From contig OZ360223.1 of assembly GCA_977017645.1 (NCBI GenBank), positions 47,554,001-47,618,000 on the forward strand: DNA of 64,000 bases, written 5' to 3'. The notes beneath the pieces were generated by a model. It had not been told where the DNA came from. It saw nothing but the letters and a program-made list of their open reading frames with translations, and ran no database searches. Below are positions 1-13,944 of the stretch, piece after piece. How positions within the stretch are numbered: the first letter of the stretch is position 1; the number at the start of each line of letters is the position of its first letter. This DNA comes from Torpedo marmorata (lineage: Eukaryota). Both the position numbers and the translations under genes were made by a program.

Positions 1-390
1 AAAAGGACAGATCTAACAAGTGGATATTGTAACAATATTTATATTGTAACAATACAAAACCTCAGTTAAGACCATATTGGAGTCCTTTGAGCAATCCTTA
101 GCACCAGAAATTAGGAAGAATCTACTGCCCTTAAATTTAGCAGATTGATAGCTGAACTCCAAGCATCAAATTACAAGGAAATTTGACTTTTAAGACCGAG
201 ATAAGGGTTTTATATTCTTGGAATTCTATGCTTAAACTTTGGATCCCATTCAGTATATTCAGGAAAGAGGTTGATCCGTTTTAGGATACAAAGAAAATTC
301 TGCAATATGGAAAGGGGGCTTGAAGTGCAGGATCACCCATGATTTTATTGAATGATAATGTTGACTCAAGGAGTCACATGACCTGCTCCT
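1..390 (+). mobile_element. Old, degenerate CR1-like LINE 3' fragment
   Basis: Decayed CR1 ORF2 C-terminal/3' UTR-like text (ctcagttaagaccatattggagt...; attgaatgataatgttgactcaaggagtcacatgacctgctcctgct); no intact ORF. Confidence 0.5.
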
Positions 391-3387
391 GCTATTTTTT
401 ATTTTCAAATAAAAATTGATCAAGGTCCAATAATATAAATAGATTGAGAGCTTTCAAAATGTGCAAGTGACAGTAACAAAGCACATTTTGCCATGAACAG
501 TTAGTTGTGAGATACCTAGTTAACTAATATTTTGTTTGTACGGAATTAAATTTTCTTCTAATTAGCAAATCATTTGCCAGTTAACCTCCAACCCTCCATT
601 TGTGGTTTGGAATTGGAATAACTTGAAGCTCATGTTCAATGAGCTCCATTGTTTCTTTCTCAAACAAATCAGCTAATGTCAGTAAGCACAGTTATTTTCA
701 TCATTAAACAGACTGGCATAGTTAACTGTGTCCAAGGAGACACAGTCTTTAAAATTCAACTATCATATAGAATGCATTTGTTTCATAATACCTGCTGGAA
801 AGAAAAGATTCTTCTGACAGCGATTTATTTTAAGAAACAAGGGTTTTGTTCAGAAATGAAGTGTTCTGTGTACAGTGTGTATCCCTATAGTGTGGTTTTT
901 GCTTGTACAAAGCAGGATATGGTGGCATTTGTTTGATTAACTTGCTCGACAAAAGTGACAGCTGCTGCGGGTGCATGTAGATGAGCTGCACAGTGCGGTT
1001 CCGCCTTTGTACATCTGTCAGTATAAAGGGAAAAATAAAGAGTGAAAAGAGACAAATTGGTCCCAAAAGGCAAGCTATTCAACTTAGAAGGTTTCTTCTA
1101 TTAAGATGCACAGTGTGAATCTTGAGTACTTGGTCGCTTATTTAATTTCATTTGGTTTGGAGGCTGACACCACACATGCTTCATTGAAGTTCTGCCTTGA
1201 ACCGAGTTTTTGGGAAAGTTTTCTTCTATCTCAGATCTTAATAGAAGAAAGTATATCTATAGTGGGGTTTTTTTACTGCTGGTTTTAAGATGGCTTTTTT
1301 TCCATATTTATATTCCTATAATGCTGTCGTAACAATATTTATAAAGTTTAATACATTCCAGCTTTGTTAGAACTTATTTTTATTGTTAACTGCATAAACC
1401 ACCAGGAAAATATTTCAATAACAAATGTGAAAGTTGCAAAGTGGAAATAATTAAGATAATGTAGATGAACAATGTATCTCTTAGATGTTGCTGTAATGAT
1501 TGAAAAGCTGTTTTTACTTGTGAAGAATAAGCACAGCTCTCAGGTTTATTTTAATGTGAGGCAATTAAATTTAATACATTTTAATTTCAAATGTTTCTAG
1601 TGGATCACATTGAGAGCATGGGTTTGAGTTGTGTCAACAACCTTATGTTTTTTTTAAGGCTGTTTCGGTGGTATATATGGATTATATAAGATATTTCATG
1701 CAAAAGTAAAATTTGATTTTGGAAGCTGCATTTACACACTACAAAAATAAGTTTAAGAAATCAAGCATTTTATATTAAAACACTTTTTTTTTTAAAAATC
1801 CAAGTAGATAACATGTTTAAAGTAAAACAGGTTAGATTTTAAAATTATTTATTTGAGGCAAATGAAGTAAGGTAGAGGTGTCCTTCCTTTATGGACACTT
1901 GACATTTGCACATTCAATTTCTGCAGAAACTATTTTAAAAATTGAATTAGGCTCGTGTGCAGCAAATTACCTTCCACAATGGCACATCGACAGAGAGCCT
2001 GATTGGCACCATATAGCTGTGTGTGAAAACACTGAAAATAGCAGCATTTTCACAAAAAAATACGAGCAACTGCAGAAAAAACAGATTTACAAAGAAAGCA
2101 CTTCAAAGAAACATTCTTTACCTTTGATAAACTGTAACAATTAAATTAATCACAAATAATTCCCAAAAGACCCCATTCCATGTAGCATACATTTTGCCAA
2201 TTACAGTTCTGTGGGAATAGAACACTGTAAAATACAAAATGCCCTTCTGAATGAGTTACACCATCCTTTCCAACCCAATGTATACATGGCAAATAAGTCT
2301 AGTGGAAGGATGCATGATGTGCTTTATTTAAGACTTGGTATTGTGTACACAATAGCTGCCTTGTAGAAATACTTCAGCAAAATCTCTACTTTGATATTGT
2401 AGAAGAGTCGGCTTCAGTCAGAACCATTCATCAAACGATTCCCATTTTAGAATGTTTGCATTATGCTGTCTTTCTAACAAATTTTATTTGTAACCCCTTT
2501 TTCAAGTTGTATAGACTCCCCTGCTGCTCACATTGTGTCAATGAGGCAATTACAGGAGTTTGAATCCTTTAGCATTTCTCTAACACCTTGGATCTGGAGA
2601 TTATCTCAAGATGCCCATTCAGCTTTCCCATGCAAATCTATGGCCAGGGTGAGAAGAAATTAGGCTGGCCCTGGTTTTCCCTAGCACATTATTTATCACA
2701 ATTTTAAGTAGATTTGAACTGCTTGGATTGCCTTCAGTTGGATAGAAAGTTCTGAAATGAGGGGTCACTGGTGTGGGTTTCTATGGTAATTGAGCAGTAT
2801 TGCCAATAGTTTTCCTCTCATGAGCAATAAAGCACATAATAATAGACAAACAACAGTGGTTAAAGCAAGCAGGTAGGATTACTATGTCCTTTTGTCGGAA
2901 GTACATAATGTGATATAGTCAGAATTAAAGACTTCTCAACCCCCCAAATCCTCCCTACAGGCACCTGCTGTGTCATTTTCTGAGCCTAATCTCCATCCGT
3001 TAACTACAGGCCTCTTGCTAATTTGAGGCAAATGGCCAGATTTGCTGCTGAATAGTGCAGTGAAAAGCCTTAACTCTGAAAACCCTCCAAGAAAAGTGAG
3101 CCAAATATAGCACTTGCATGACAAATCCATATGATCTTCTAACACAGGATACCATTGACTAGACTGCATTTCTTTCCCCTCACTTTAATAGTTTTCCCCA
3201 AAAAAATTGCAGAACTTCCACACTGGAGCAACCTCCCCCACAAAACTTGTCACTTCACATTGCTGTCAGTCACCACAATAACAATCATTTCATGCCTCCT
3301 GCTAATTGCAAGCACAGCTGGGGCCCAGCGGGGTGCTCTTGCACAGTCCCAGGCCTTTATACCAGTCCCAATCTGTTCTGTAGCATG

Positions 3388-3413
3388 CACACACACACAC
3401 ACACACACACACA
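3388..3413. repeat. (CA)n microsatellite
   Basis: Direct reading of cacacaca... run. Confidence 0.95.
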
Positions 3414-6400
3414 AAATTACTAGCAAAGGCAGAAAGAGGCAGAGTCACAGGTTGCTTGTAATCCCTCCACTTCCCCCTCTAAGAATTCAGCCCTAGCAAA
3501 ATTCTTGTTTTTGTTTTAGACTGTACAAAAGCTGCAGTGACCTTAAGTCACCAGAATTTATGTTCTGAATGAGAAACACAACTACTTCAGGTGCATTAAG
3601 CTGTGGCACTGCATCTGGCTCGATGCATTATGTTTGCAGCACCCCTGGAGTGAGTTGCGGCTTCCTGTAACATGTAAAATATGAGTGTGAACTCAAGGTT
3701 CGTGGCAGGGAGCAGGGAGGCTGAAGCAGGAGGTCAGGCAGCCTTTCAAATCTGGCTGAAGAACAAGGTTGCAGATGTTCCTGTGTAAGTGTAATGACAC
3801 CAGCTCCCCGAGAACACAGGAACCCAGTGCTTCCTTCTCCTCATTTTCACGAATGAATGCCATAATCAGTAAGCTGCTTGCAGATTTATTCAAATAGAGT
3901 TTTATTTTACATATTCAGAGATCAAAATGGCTTTAATGCAAGCTATGATGTTCAGATAAACAGTCTTCACTTTCAACTGAAGGTCCCGTATTAAAGGAGG
4001 ATACATGTTAGATTTTATTTTACTTCATTTTATTACCTTAGAATGTCAGTGCAAGAAAAAATATTTCAATATAAAATTACTTTCATTCAATTGCTCCATT
4101 CTTTCCTGAATTCATGCCTCGGACATGAAGAATGTCTTCCGAGGCAAGACATTTCCTTTATTGGATGACGATACAGAAACCAGTTGATTATGTTTTTGAG
4201 CTGTTAATAATTCAGTTTTCTATAAACCAGGCTTGACCACATTGTCTGGCAAGCGATTCAAATTGCTCTGGTATATTTACTGCTCTATTTGTGCTGTGTT
4301 CATCCCAGACACTTTGATTCCAGAGTGCTTTTGGAGAACTGAACTGTACATAAAAGACATAAAGTTCCCACCTTAATTTTGACACAACATCATGGAAATC
4401 CTGCCCAGTACTCAACCCCCACCTCCGGTGAAATCTGGTTGGATAGATTGGTCAGGATCATTGTGTTAAGTTGTTATATTGTATTTCCCTTTTAAGTGAG
4501 AACTTAGCTCCAGGTAATTTAGTCATGTGATCTGAGTGCCATGGTGCTGCTTGGATTGCCAAGAGTGTTTCCTGCTTCCAGAATGAGCCTTTCTGTATTG
4601 TTTCCTTACACTGAGTAAACACTCTCTGCTTATCAAAGGTGTTATTAATACCAGTTTGACTAGAATGGAAGATGAAATGGTGCAGGAGAAGCGTAGCTGT
4701 ATATTTAACACAATTCTGTGGAATAAATTCTCCACTTTGAATTTTATAGAGTGTACACTGTGGCATATAATAAATTAATGGAATTTACAACATAAAAACA
4801 TCCTATCTAGCTTCATTGTGCAATGCTGGCATTTATACGCCACATGAGCCTCCTTTCACCCTGTTCATTTCTCTCTGTAGTTATATTCTACAGTTCCTTT
4901 CTACCTCTGCCTGGCTTCCTCTTAAAAATATCCAAGATTTTCTTCTCATTACACTGTATATCAAGTTCCATAATTTAGAGTCTGGGTCGTTTTCCTGAAT
5001 TCCCTGCTGGATGTGTTAGTGATTATATATTCAGGACTCCCCACATCATCTTTGTCCACCTTGCTCTCTGTGATCCAAGAGATCTCTATCAGGTCACCAT
5101 CAGCTTTCTTTTTTTTATTTTGGTGAACAAAATGCTATTACAATCCTTCCCCAGATAATGACCCATTAAGTGGATGGTTTTAAATACATTATAAACTATG
5201 ATGTTATGAAAAACAAAATATGTCAACCATAAATGACTGCTCTTGGAGGTAGCAAGCTGACAGTTACTGTATCACTGGATGCAGATGCTGTGCTCAACAT
5301 CCCTGATCAATACGTTTAATGTCCCTTATAGTCATTTGAAACTCTGTTCATGATGTACACATGGAACTGTTAACATCCTACTTTTATTTTTTAATCTTTC
5401 TTTTACTTTTCACAATGCGAGAACTTCTCCATTTATGACTAAAAGCACACACTATTTTGCCTTCTCGAAGCCAAGGAACTTACTCGTCCTTTGCTCACTA
5501 GCTCAATAGTACAACCAAAATTCAGAATTAATCACATTGAGAACTGTGGATACAAGTTTTATGTTACTCCAAGAAACTACTGTGCTTTCCTCTCCACCAT
5601 TTATAGTTCTGACATAAATAAACGCTTCATGCCAAAACGTGCCAAATTCTCAAATGAAATCTCAAAGCTAAATTTCTACAACAAGGAATCACTTACATCC
5701 AACATGTGGCTCCCTTTATAGATAAAAAAAAAGTATGTAATACTAAGAATGGTGAGTGATTCAAAACTATATAGATTATAATGAAGGAAATTTCAGACCT
5801 TCTATTACCCAAACAAGCATTGAAAATAATTGGAGAAACTGAACAGTACCAGCAACTGAACTGGTTGCTGGAAATGATTCCTGTGACAGAATGTGCAGGC
5901 CCAAAGCCCAGTAAAGATGAAATTAGGCCATATGTAGACCCATCAATTGGGTTGACCACCTGTTCAAAATGCTAAAGTTCAAAGTAGAATAGCGCTGTGA
6001 TTTAACAGTGGTTCTAGCTTGTTTTGACTCCACCTAATTGAACATATTAACAGCTGTGGGTGCACGAGTTAATACCCTGGGGACTGAGTTATTACCCAGC
6101 AGCAAGCTCTGTATTCATTTTATAAATATTTTTTTTTTCGGATTCTACTGGCAACAATGTTTAAAGCTGATATTGTGGGAGCAGGCATTTAGTTAGCCTC
6201 AGGTTCCTGGTGGTGAGGGGGTGCTACTGCAAACCAGGCAGAAGGTCACTGCCTGATACCAATTAATTGCCTGGCACTGCAGCATACAGAAAATCAGGGC
6301 ACTTTCTAAAACCTGCTGTTGTCTCCTACCCAACCTATGCTCCCTCCAGCTTCCCGCTCCCAACAGTGGAATTCTGTCAGACAGTTAATCAGGCTGAGAT

Positions 6401-7859
6401 GGAAACAGGATTTTAAACACCGGAACTGTCCTTTCCAAATAGGAATGGACATCCACACTATTTCTTCCAGCACTATATCCTAAAGGGTCTCAGAGCAGAC
6501 AATAAGAATGTCTTTAGAAGCTGTCCATTCCTTGGGCTCTTTTCTCAGAAGAAAAATCCTCCAGGCACTTCTCCAATCCAGACCAATCCCAATCTACTCA
6601 CGCACTCCTAACAGCAAGAAACTTTTGAAGATGGCGACAATTGTTGGTGGTGTCACTTTTAGGATTCCCCTCTCCCTTCTGCCATCATTTCCCTGCTCCT
6701 TCTGTGATCCTGTTATCTCCTCCACTTCTTCCCCCCACCCCACCACTTGCCCCTGAACCAGGGGCCCAGTGGAGGCAAATGTCCATCAGAGCACAGAGGC
6801 TTGTGAGACAGAATTAATTAAATACTACAAACTAAACTTGTGTGAGCTAAATGAGCCAAATTTTGGCTGTTTCAGTCCCCTCCAACAACAATAAGAAGAC
6901 TGCAGAAATACTTCTGGTGAACAATCTGGCTTCTCTTTGGAACCCAGATAACATTAATGCTGTGGTTAGTTTTGCTGATACAAGGTGAATTAAATTGTGA
7001 GGTTCGATGAATTAATGTTCATTTCATAAAAATGAATGGTAAGCTTGATCTGAATTTTGCTAACCTGAAACCAGTTGACAGCATGCAATTACTCCAATGC
7101 TCTTGCATTATTCCAATATATATCCTATAACAAGGTTCCATGTTTAATGTCTGCTTTTGTGTGAAGTTGGGTGATCTTATTGGTGGGAATGATAGCAGTT
7201 GGCCTATTTACCATTTCCCCTTTCCTGTCTAATAATTGCTGGATTGTGAACCTGGAGACTAGTCGGTCAGGAACAGATTCCATTGTGCAGCTTTTAAGTT
7301 GAAATACCACTAGTATACAATTTTGTGAGTTTGTAATGAAAAAAAAAGCACTCTGATATTTAAAAGGAACAACTTCTCAACTGAAATAGGGGGTTAGGAA
7401 ATTGAAATGGTCCTTTGCAGTACTTCTTTTGCAACAACATGCTAGATTTCACAGCCCCTCCCCAGGCTGTTGATTCATTATCTGAATCCTTTTGCTTTTT
7501 TCAGCAAAACCACTTGGGAGCGCATGGTGAACACCGTGCATGGTGAAATCAAACATCTTTCAATTTTGTAAAATCATGTTTCAAATATTGATCATGTTTT
7601 TAAGCATTGGATGGATGTCAATTACTTATCTGCAAAATGAAATAGAAGTGGAATACTTCAGTCATGTTAATTTAAACATTGAGTCCAATTACAATTTATT
7701 AGCGTGCACAATGTAGAATGGAGAACTGTTCCTGTGCACCAGTTTATCCACAAACTACATCTGGAGACACAAAATCCACTGTGTGTTATTTTGTGGGTTT
7801 TGCAAGTTGCAATCAGAATTACATTCCTAAGTGGTATTTGAACTCAGAAGATGCCAAGA

Positions 7860-8200
7860 AATAACTATACAAGACATTGATGGACCGCACTTGGAGTATT
7901 GTGTGCAGTTTTGGTCACCCAGCTGCAGAAAAGATATAATTAAGCTGGAAAGAGTGCAGAAAAGATTAACAAGAATGTTACTAGGATTGGTGGGCTCAAA
8001 TTACAAGGATAGCCTGGAACATTTCTCCCTGGAGCCTTGTTGGCTAAGATAGAAATTAATAAAATCATGAAGGGCATAGACAAGGCAAATAGGCATAGCC
8101 TTTTCCCCAGTGCATCGATTTCAGGCGAGAGGTTAAAGAGTCGAAGGGACTTGAGAGGCACCTTCACACAGAGGGTTGTGGATCTATGGAACAAACTGCC
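7860..8200 (+). mobile_element. CR1 LINE 3' fragment
   Basis: Encodes PHLEYCVQFWSP..RKDIIKLERVQKRLTRML and FTQRVVDLWNKLP, as in the longer CR1 copies in this window. Confidence 0.9.
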
Positions 8201-8229
8201 TTATTGCATTTGAAATCTAAAGTAAACAG

Positions 8230-8340
8230 GAAGACAGGTAAACAGGTGTTTGCCTTACGGTAGACAAAAATTAAAGAATTTCATGTATGTTACATTCTAA
8301 ATGTAGTATTACATGACAATAATGGAACCTTTACCTTTAG
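8230..8340 (+). mobile_element. Short Rex1/Babar-type 3' tail
   Basis: tttgcct...aagaatttcatg...catgacaataa followed by (accttt)2; same end architecture as the Rex1 tails elsewhere in the window. Confidence 0.5.
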
Positions 8341-8364
8341 AACTGAGGCAGGACAATGGGAGCG

Positions 8365-8560
8365 AGTTTATTCCAATATTGTTGCTCTATATCAACCAAC
8401 GTCACTTAAAAATTAAATGAACTGGTCATTTACTCATTGCCATTTATAGGGACCTGGTGATGTAAATATTGTGTTATACACCGTATTAAAACCATGACTA
8501 CATCCTAAAAATGCTTAATGCTTGTGAAATAACTGATATGTCATCCATTTATGGACTAAC
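8365..8560 (+). mobile_element. Degenerate DeuSINE (SacSINE1/AmnSINE1-like) 3' remnant
   Basis: ccaatatt...tcaaccaacgtcact...ctggtcatttactcattgc...atgactacatc resembles the Deu-domain/tail consensus as recalled; not database-verified. Confidence 0.5.
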
Positions 8561-8868
8561 AAAAGTTTGTTATTCCTTTCAAAGTAACTACAGCATTTGA
8601 ATTGTTTATGTGTTTGGAGCAGCTGAATATTTCTTTGGGCAACAATACTGCATAAATTATACAGTGGTTCATGCCAATGCTCAGTTAGAATTCAAGTTCT
8701 GTCATTTAAGTTGGAGTGTGCCTGATAATGCCAAATTTGGATGGTCCTAACCAATGTTACCATCCATTTGCTGCTGCCCAGCATATAATCCTAACATTGA
8801 ACATGCATCTCAACACGACCAAACCCACTGTAATTCTTATGCTGGAGAATGTTGCCTTTTTATTCCAG

Positions 8869-8973
8869 CAATGGTACACGAGTTCCATGAATGTTCTCTG
8901 CACCTGGTTAACAGACCGCATGGACCTGCAGCTTCATATCTACCAGCTGAAAATCCTCATCAGGCTTGTAAAG
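8869..8973 (+). CDS. CADPS: CADPS (calcium-dependent secretion activator 1) penultimate coding exon
   Basis: Acceptor gttgcctttttattccAG| and donor aag|GTaaga. 105 nt, phase 0, translating [35 protein letters not shown], nearly identical to vertebrate CADPS. Confidence 0.96.
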
Positions 8974-10315
8974 GTAAGAAAAAGACCTTTTGACAATTGT
9001 ATCAAGAACCTGACCTTTACAACCAGAGAACCACCATTTCAGTAACTTGGAAAACCGGTCAACTTTGTTTAAAGCACATGAGTATATTGTACTTATTTTT
9101 TAATTAATGATGACCACCCAGAGATGCAACATTCCTTTGTGCAACAGCTATGTTCTTGGTTTTGGATGTAATGCCAAATTATACTGAGCTTTTTTTTTCT
9201 CTGCTGCAAATACATATTGCTCTCATGGCATCTTAGGTGCATGCTGTCAGTATATTTCAATGTTTTTGCAGAACAATTGTAGTTTGTAATAAGGATTATG
9301 GTCCAATAAGAGGAAGTGTAGTTTCCCCCGAAACAGGTGGCAAAGGCATCATGGAACTGAATAATACAGACCTGAAGCTCTGATGTGGTTTGCAACCTAC
9401 ACTGACCCAGATGGCTGAACACAATGGAGGCAACAATGGAGATGCTACAGCATCAACATCCCTGAGCAGAGAATCATGGAATAAAACAAAACCAAATAAA
9501 GTCATTCAGAGCATTGCATCTGTAAAGGTCATTTAATCCATTGCACTTTGGAAAAAAATTGCAGTGATCCCATTCCTCTGCTCTTAGAGTTTTAACTTCC
9601 ACATATCAAATTACATCTGAATTACAATTACATCTGATTCTGCACACTTCAGCCAATGTACAAGAACTAACTACATAAAGTAAATATTCCAAAGCTCCCT
9701 TTCTTGACCAATTATCCAAAATCGCTTTTGTTTGTTTATTGACCAACTCTATCAACGATCTTTGTATTTCTATGTATCTGATAAATCCCATCATGTCCTT
9801 GTTGACTCTGAGAGTGCCACTGTTTTTATTTTTACAGTATTTTTACTTATTTTTACTGTAAATCTTTTTTGCACTCTGTCTATGCCCCCACATTCTTCTT
9901 TTTGTGTTATACTCAAAATGAACAAATATTGCAGTGATTTATAAATGTGGGGCATGACATCCTTGTACTTTCACCTTTATTTGTCAGTTCAAGAATCTGT
10001 ATTAGTGACAAACCCATTGCTCTCCATGGGCAAGCTTACATCAGAAGTGCCTGTGGGCAACAAACAGGACCAAAAGGATTATCAGGGTCCCTACGAGCCT
10101 ATGATCTGCACTTGCAGAGGAGATGGGTGCCACTGGGTCACTCTTACCAAAGATTTACCTGTGATGCAAAGCAACACAAAAAACGTAACAGCAGTTGATG
10201 CTCAGCCCATGAACGAGCACTTATTTTAAAAAAAAATTATACAAAGTAAGTAAAATAGCTATGAAATACACTGCTGAGCATATCCAGGACAAGGAGGTTA
10301 GCCATGCTACAAATT

Positions 10316-11614
10316 GTGTTCACGGACATTTTCAACCTCTCATTGCGGCAGTCAGAGTTTCCCACCTGCTTCAAAAGGACATCAATCATCCCGGTACCCA
10401 AGAAGAGTAGTGTGAGCTGCCTCAATGACTACCGCCCAGTAGCACTAACTTCTACTGTGATGAAATGCTTTGAGAGGCTGGTCATGGCCAGAATTAACAT
10501 ACCTAAGCAAAGATCTGGACCCACTGCAATTCGCCTATCGCCACAATCGCTCCACAGCAGATAAAATATAGCTGGCTCTCCACTCGGCTCTGGACCACCT
10601 CGAAAACAGCAATTCATACATACGGTTGCTCTTCATCGACTACAGCTCGGCCTTCAACACCATTATTCCCTTAGTGCTGGTCAAGAAGCTACAAACTCTA
10701 GGCCTCTGTACCCCCCTCTGCAACTGGATCCTTGACTTTCTCATCGGAAGACCACAGTCAGTACGAATTGGAAACAACGTCTCCTCCTCACTGATTATCA
10801 ACACAGGCGCACCCCAAGGATGCGTGCTTAGTCCACTGCTCTACTCGCTATACACCCATGACTGTGTGGCCAGGCACAATTCCAATGCCATCTACAAGTT
10901 TGCCGATGACACCACAGTTGTCGGCAGAATCACAAACGGCAATGAGGAAGCGTACAGGAGGGGAGATAGATCAGCTCGTTGAATGGTGTAATGGCAACAA
11001 CCTTGAGCTCAACGTCAGCAAAACCAAGGAGATGATTGTGGACTTCAAGAGTAAGTCAGGGGAACACGACCCATCGAGGGCTCAGTCGTGGAGAGGGTCA
11101 AGAACTTCAAATTCCTGGGTGTCAACATCTCCAAGGATCTGTCCTGTGTTTTCGGAGATTCGGTCTGTCACTGCCTGGTATGGAGGCGCCAACTCCCAGA
11201 ACAAGAGTAAACTCCAGAAGTTTGTTAACTCAGCCTGTGACATCACAGGCACAAAGCTTCACTCCATCGAGGACATCTACATGAGGCGGTGTCTTAAAAA
11301 AGCAGCCTCTATCCTCAAGGACCCCCACCACCCAGGCCATGCCCTCTTCACCCTGCTACTATCGGGAAAAAGGTACAGGAGCCTAAAGACGAGCACTCAA
11401 CGCCACAAGGACAGCTTCTTCCCCGCTGCCATCAGATTCCTGAATAATCAATGAACCAAAGACACTGCCTTACTTTTCGTGCACTATTGTTTATAATTTT
11501 TTTATAGTAATGTCGTTAGATGGTTAATATGAATTTTAATTGCACTATGATGCTGCCGCAAAACACCGAATTTCATGACTTGTTCATGACAATAAATTCT
11601 GATTCTGATTCTGA
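10316..11614 (+). mobile_element. Rex1/Babar LINE, 5'-truncated with internal deletions
   Basis: [50 protein letters not shown]; 3' end catgacaataa(attctg)n. Lies in the last CADPS intron. Confidence 0.93.
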
Positions 11615-11989
11615 ATTGAGTACTGCATGTAGTGGAGGAATGTTGAATTCATGTAAGGAACCACAGTGTACATGGAGCAGATTTCATTTTAATTATTGTG
11701 GAAGCTGCCACAGGCTGTGAATTTCGTCTGGGCGAGGGAATGATAGTTAGCTAGAAGAATTAACAAAGAACCTCTTGATTAAGTATCCAAGTTCTGAAAT
11801 TCCTTTCCCCACCCCAAGTTTTATCAGCCTCACCTAATTCAACCCAAAGCTATCAAATCAGCGAAGAGTGTTACAAAATCTGCCAGAGCAAAATGATTTT
11901 AATAAACTAGCATTTGCCCATGACTTAATTACATATTAATCTTCATAATATCACATTAAACATTTACAAACTTTTTTCTTTCTTTGCTC

Positions 11990-13010
11990 CAGGCTAAAAA
12001 TAATAACTTGGGAAAGAATAGGTCCCCTTAAGGATCAACATAGTCATCTATGTGTGGAGCCACAGGAGATGGGAGAGGTCTTAAATGAATACTTTTAATC
12101 TGTATTTACCAAAGAGAGGGTCATGGAAGCAAAGGAAATGAGGTCAATGAGTAGTGATGTTTTGGAACATTTTCACATTCCAGAAGGGGAAGTGCTGGTG
12201 GTCTTAAAGCATATTAAGATCAATAAAACCCCAGGATCTGGCCAAGTGTATCCTCAGACATGGTGGGAAGCTGGGGAAGAAATTGCTGGGGCCCTGGCAG
12301 AGATATTTACATTATCAATAGGCACAGGTGAGGAGTCAGAAGACTGGATGGTGACTAATGTTGAACCTTTGCTGGATCTATTGTTGTTTGCCAACTATAT
12401 TAACAATTTGAAAAACAATGTAGTTAACTTGGTTAGTAAGTTGCAGATGACAGCAATGTTTGTGGTATTGTGGACAGCGAGGAAGGTTGGTTAAGTTTAC
12501 AACAAGATCTCGATCAACTGGGGAAGTGGGCCAAGGAATGTCAGATTGTATTTAAGTGTGAGGTGATGCATTTTGGAAAGTTAATCCAAGGCAGGACTTG
12601 CACAGTAAATGGTAGGGCCCTTAAGATGGTATGGAACAGAAAGAAAGATAGAGAAGGTGGTGAGAAAGGCATTGGCGTACTTGCATTCATTGGGCATAGA
12701 GCACAGATGGGGTACAAGTTAGGATATCATGTTACAAATGTTCAAGACGTTGGTATGGCCAGATATGGAGTATTGTGCACCTTTTTCCATGCAAGGATGG
12801 TTGGTACATGGAATGAGATGCCACAGGAAGCTGTAGAGGCAGATGGAATAGTGACATTTGAAGGACATTGGATAGGTACATGGATAGGAAAGTTTTAGAG
12901 GGTTGACGTACAAACACAGGCATGTGGGAGAAGGTTGGGTAGACATCTTGATTGGTTCAGACAAGATGAACCAAAGGACCTTTTTTCGTGCTGCATAACT
13001 ATACAACTCG
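11990..13010 (+). mobile_element. Degenerate CR1 LINE ORF2 pieces
   Basis: KTPGSGQVYPQT, LQQDLDQLGKWAKE, KCEVMHFG, VGTWNEMPQEAVEA; many deletions and frameshifts. Confidence 0.85.
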
Positions 13011-13299
13011 AATAGGCAATGGCTTTTTTTTCTTTTCTCCTTCACTTTGCTTCTGCTTTGCTCTCCACTTGCATTTCTCTTGCACCCATTTTATTTTTAA
13101 TCTCCAGACCTGCTACCATTTTATTGGAGACTTCATTTAAGTGCCCAAAGATTTACATGTTATGGAAAGCAAAGCAATCAACTGCAACCAATTGGAATGA
13201 TGTCATTTAGAAGTCAAGACTGCTTGGAGAAAATCCCTTTATACAAACAGATAAAGATCAAACAATACAATGTTAAAAATAAATGCCTTTACACCGAGA

Positions 13300-13590
13300 G
13301 TTTCTTTGTTTTGAGGGCCAGAGTCTCAGGATAAGGGTTCAAATATTTACAACTAAGAAGAGGAGAAACGTTTTGATTCAGGGATTGTAAATCTTTGGAT
13401 TTCTGTCCCTCAGAGAGCTGCAAATGTTCTATTGATTTTATTCAAAGTTGGGATAGATGGCTTTTTGAATACTGAGAGAAATTATAGGATAATTGAGTGG
13501 TAAAGTGGACACAAGGCACAGAATCAGCCACAATCTTATTCAATTGTAGAGCAGGCCCAAAGGGTCTATGCCTGCTTCTCTTTCTTATGT
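13300..13590 (+). mobile_element. Old CR1 3' end remnant
   Basis: gtctcaggataaggg...aactaagaagaggagaaac...ctttggatttctgtccctcagagagctg...gaatcagccacaatcttatt is typical of a CR1 terminus. Confidence 0.65.
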
Positions 13591-13944
13591 TCTCCTATTG
13601 TAATGTAGGTATAGGATCAATTCATTTACAATAACACTTTCATCAAGCAATGTCTCACAAATCGATTAGTCTCCACAGAACCACTACAAAATGTAAGTTC
13701 AAAACAAATCGTTGCAAACTTTGCTTCCACTGATCCCAAGCAATTCCAATTAAGAATTTGTAATATCAATCCACCTCAAATTCAGCCTTTTAGCATTGGT
13801 TACCCCACACTGATTTTTACCAGTTTTAGTTCTTGTCCATATCTGACAGGTGCCGACTGGACGTTGGTTTAAAAGCATTACGAGGTATAAAATAAATGCC
13901 AGCCTTTTTGCATCATCCACATCCAAGGAATTTTTTTTTAAGTA

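Noticed and set aside
649-7310. Short ORFs from the track in the CADPS intron
   Set aside because: No recognisable domains, many non-ATG starts, no convincing splice framework; consistent with chance.
1-8868. Upstream CADPS exon (KPGMD..RDKVNEEMYIERLFD-like)
   Set aside because: Searched by eye and not found; it probably lies before the window.
8716-9045. 109-aa ORF as a stand-alone gene
   Set aside because: Only 8869-8973 is exon; the rest is intronic read-through.
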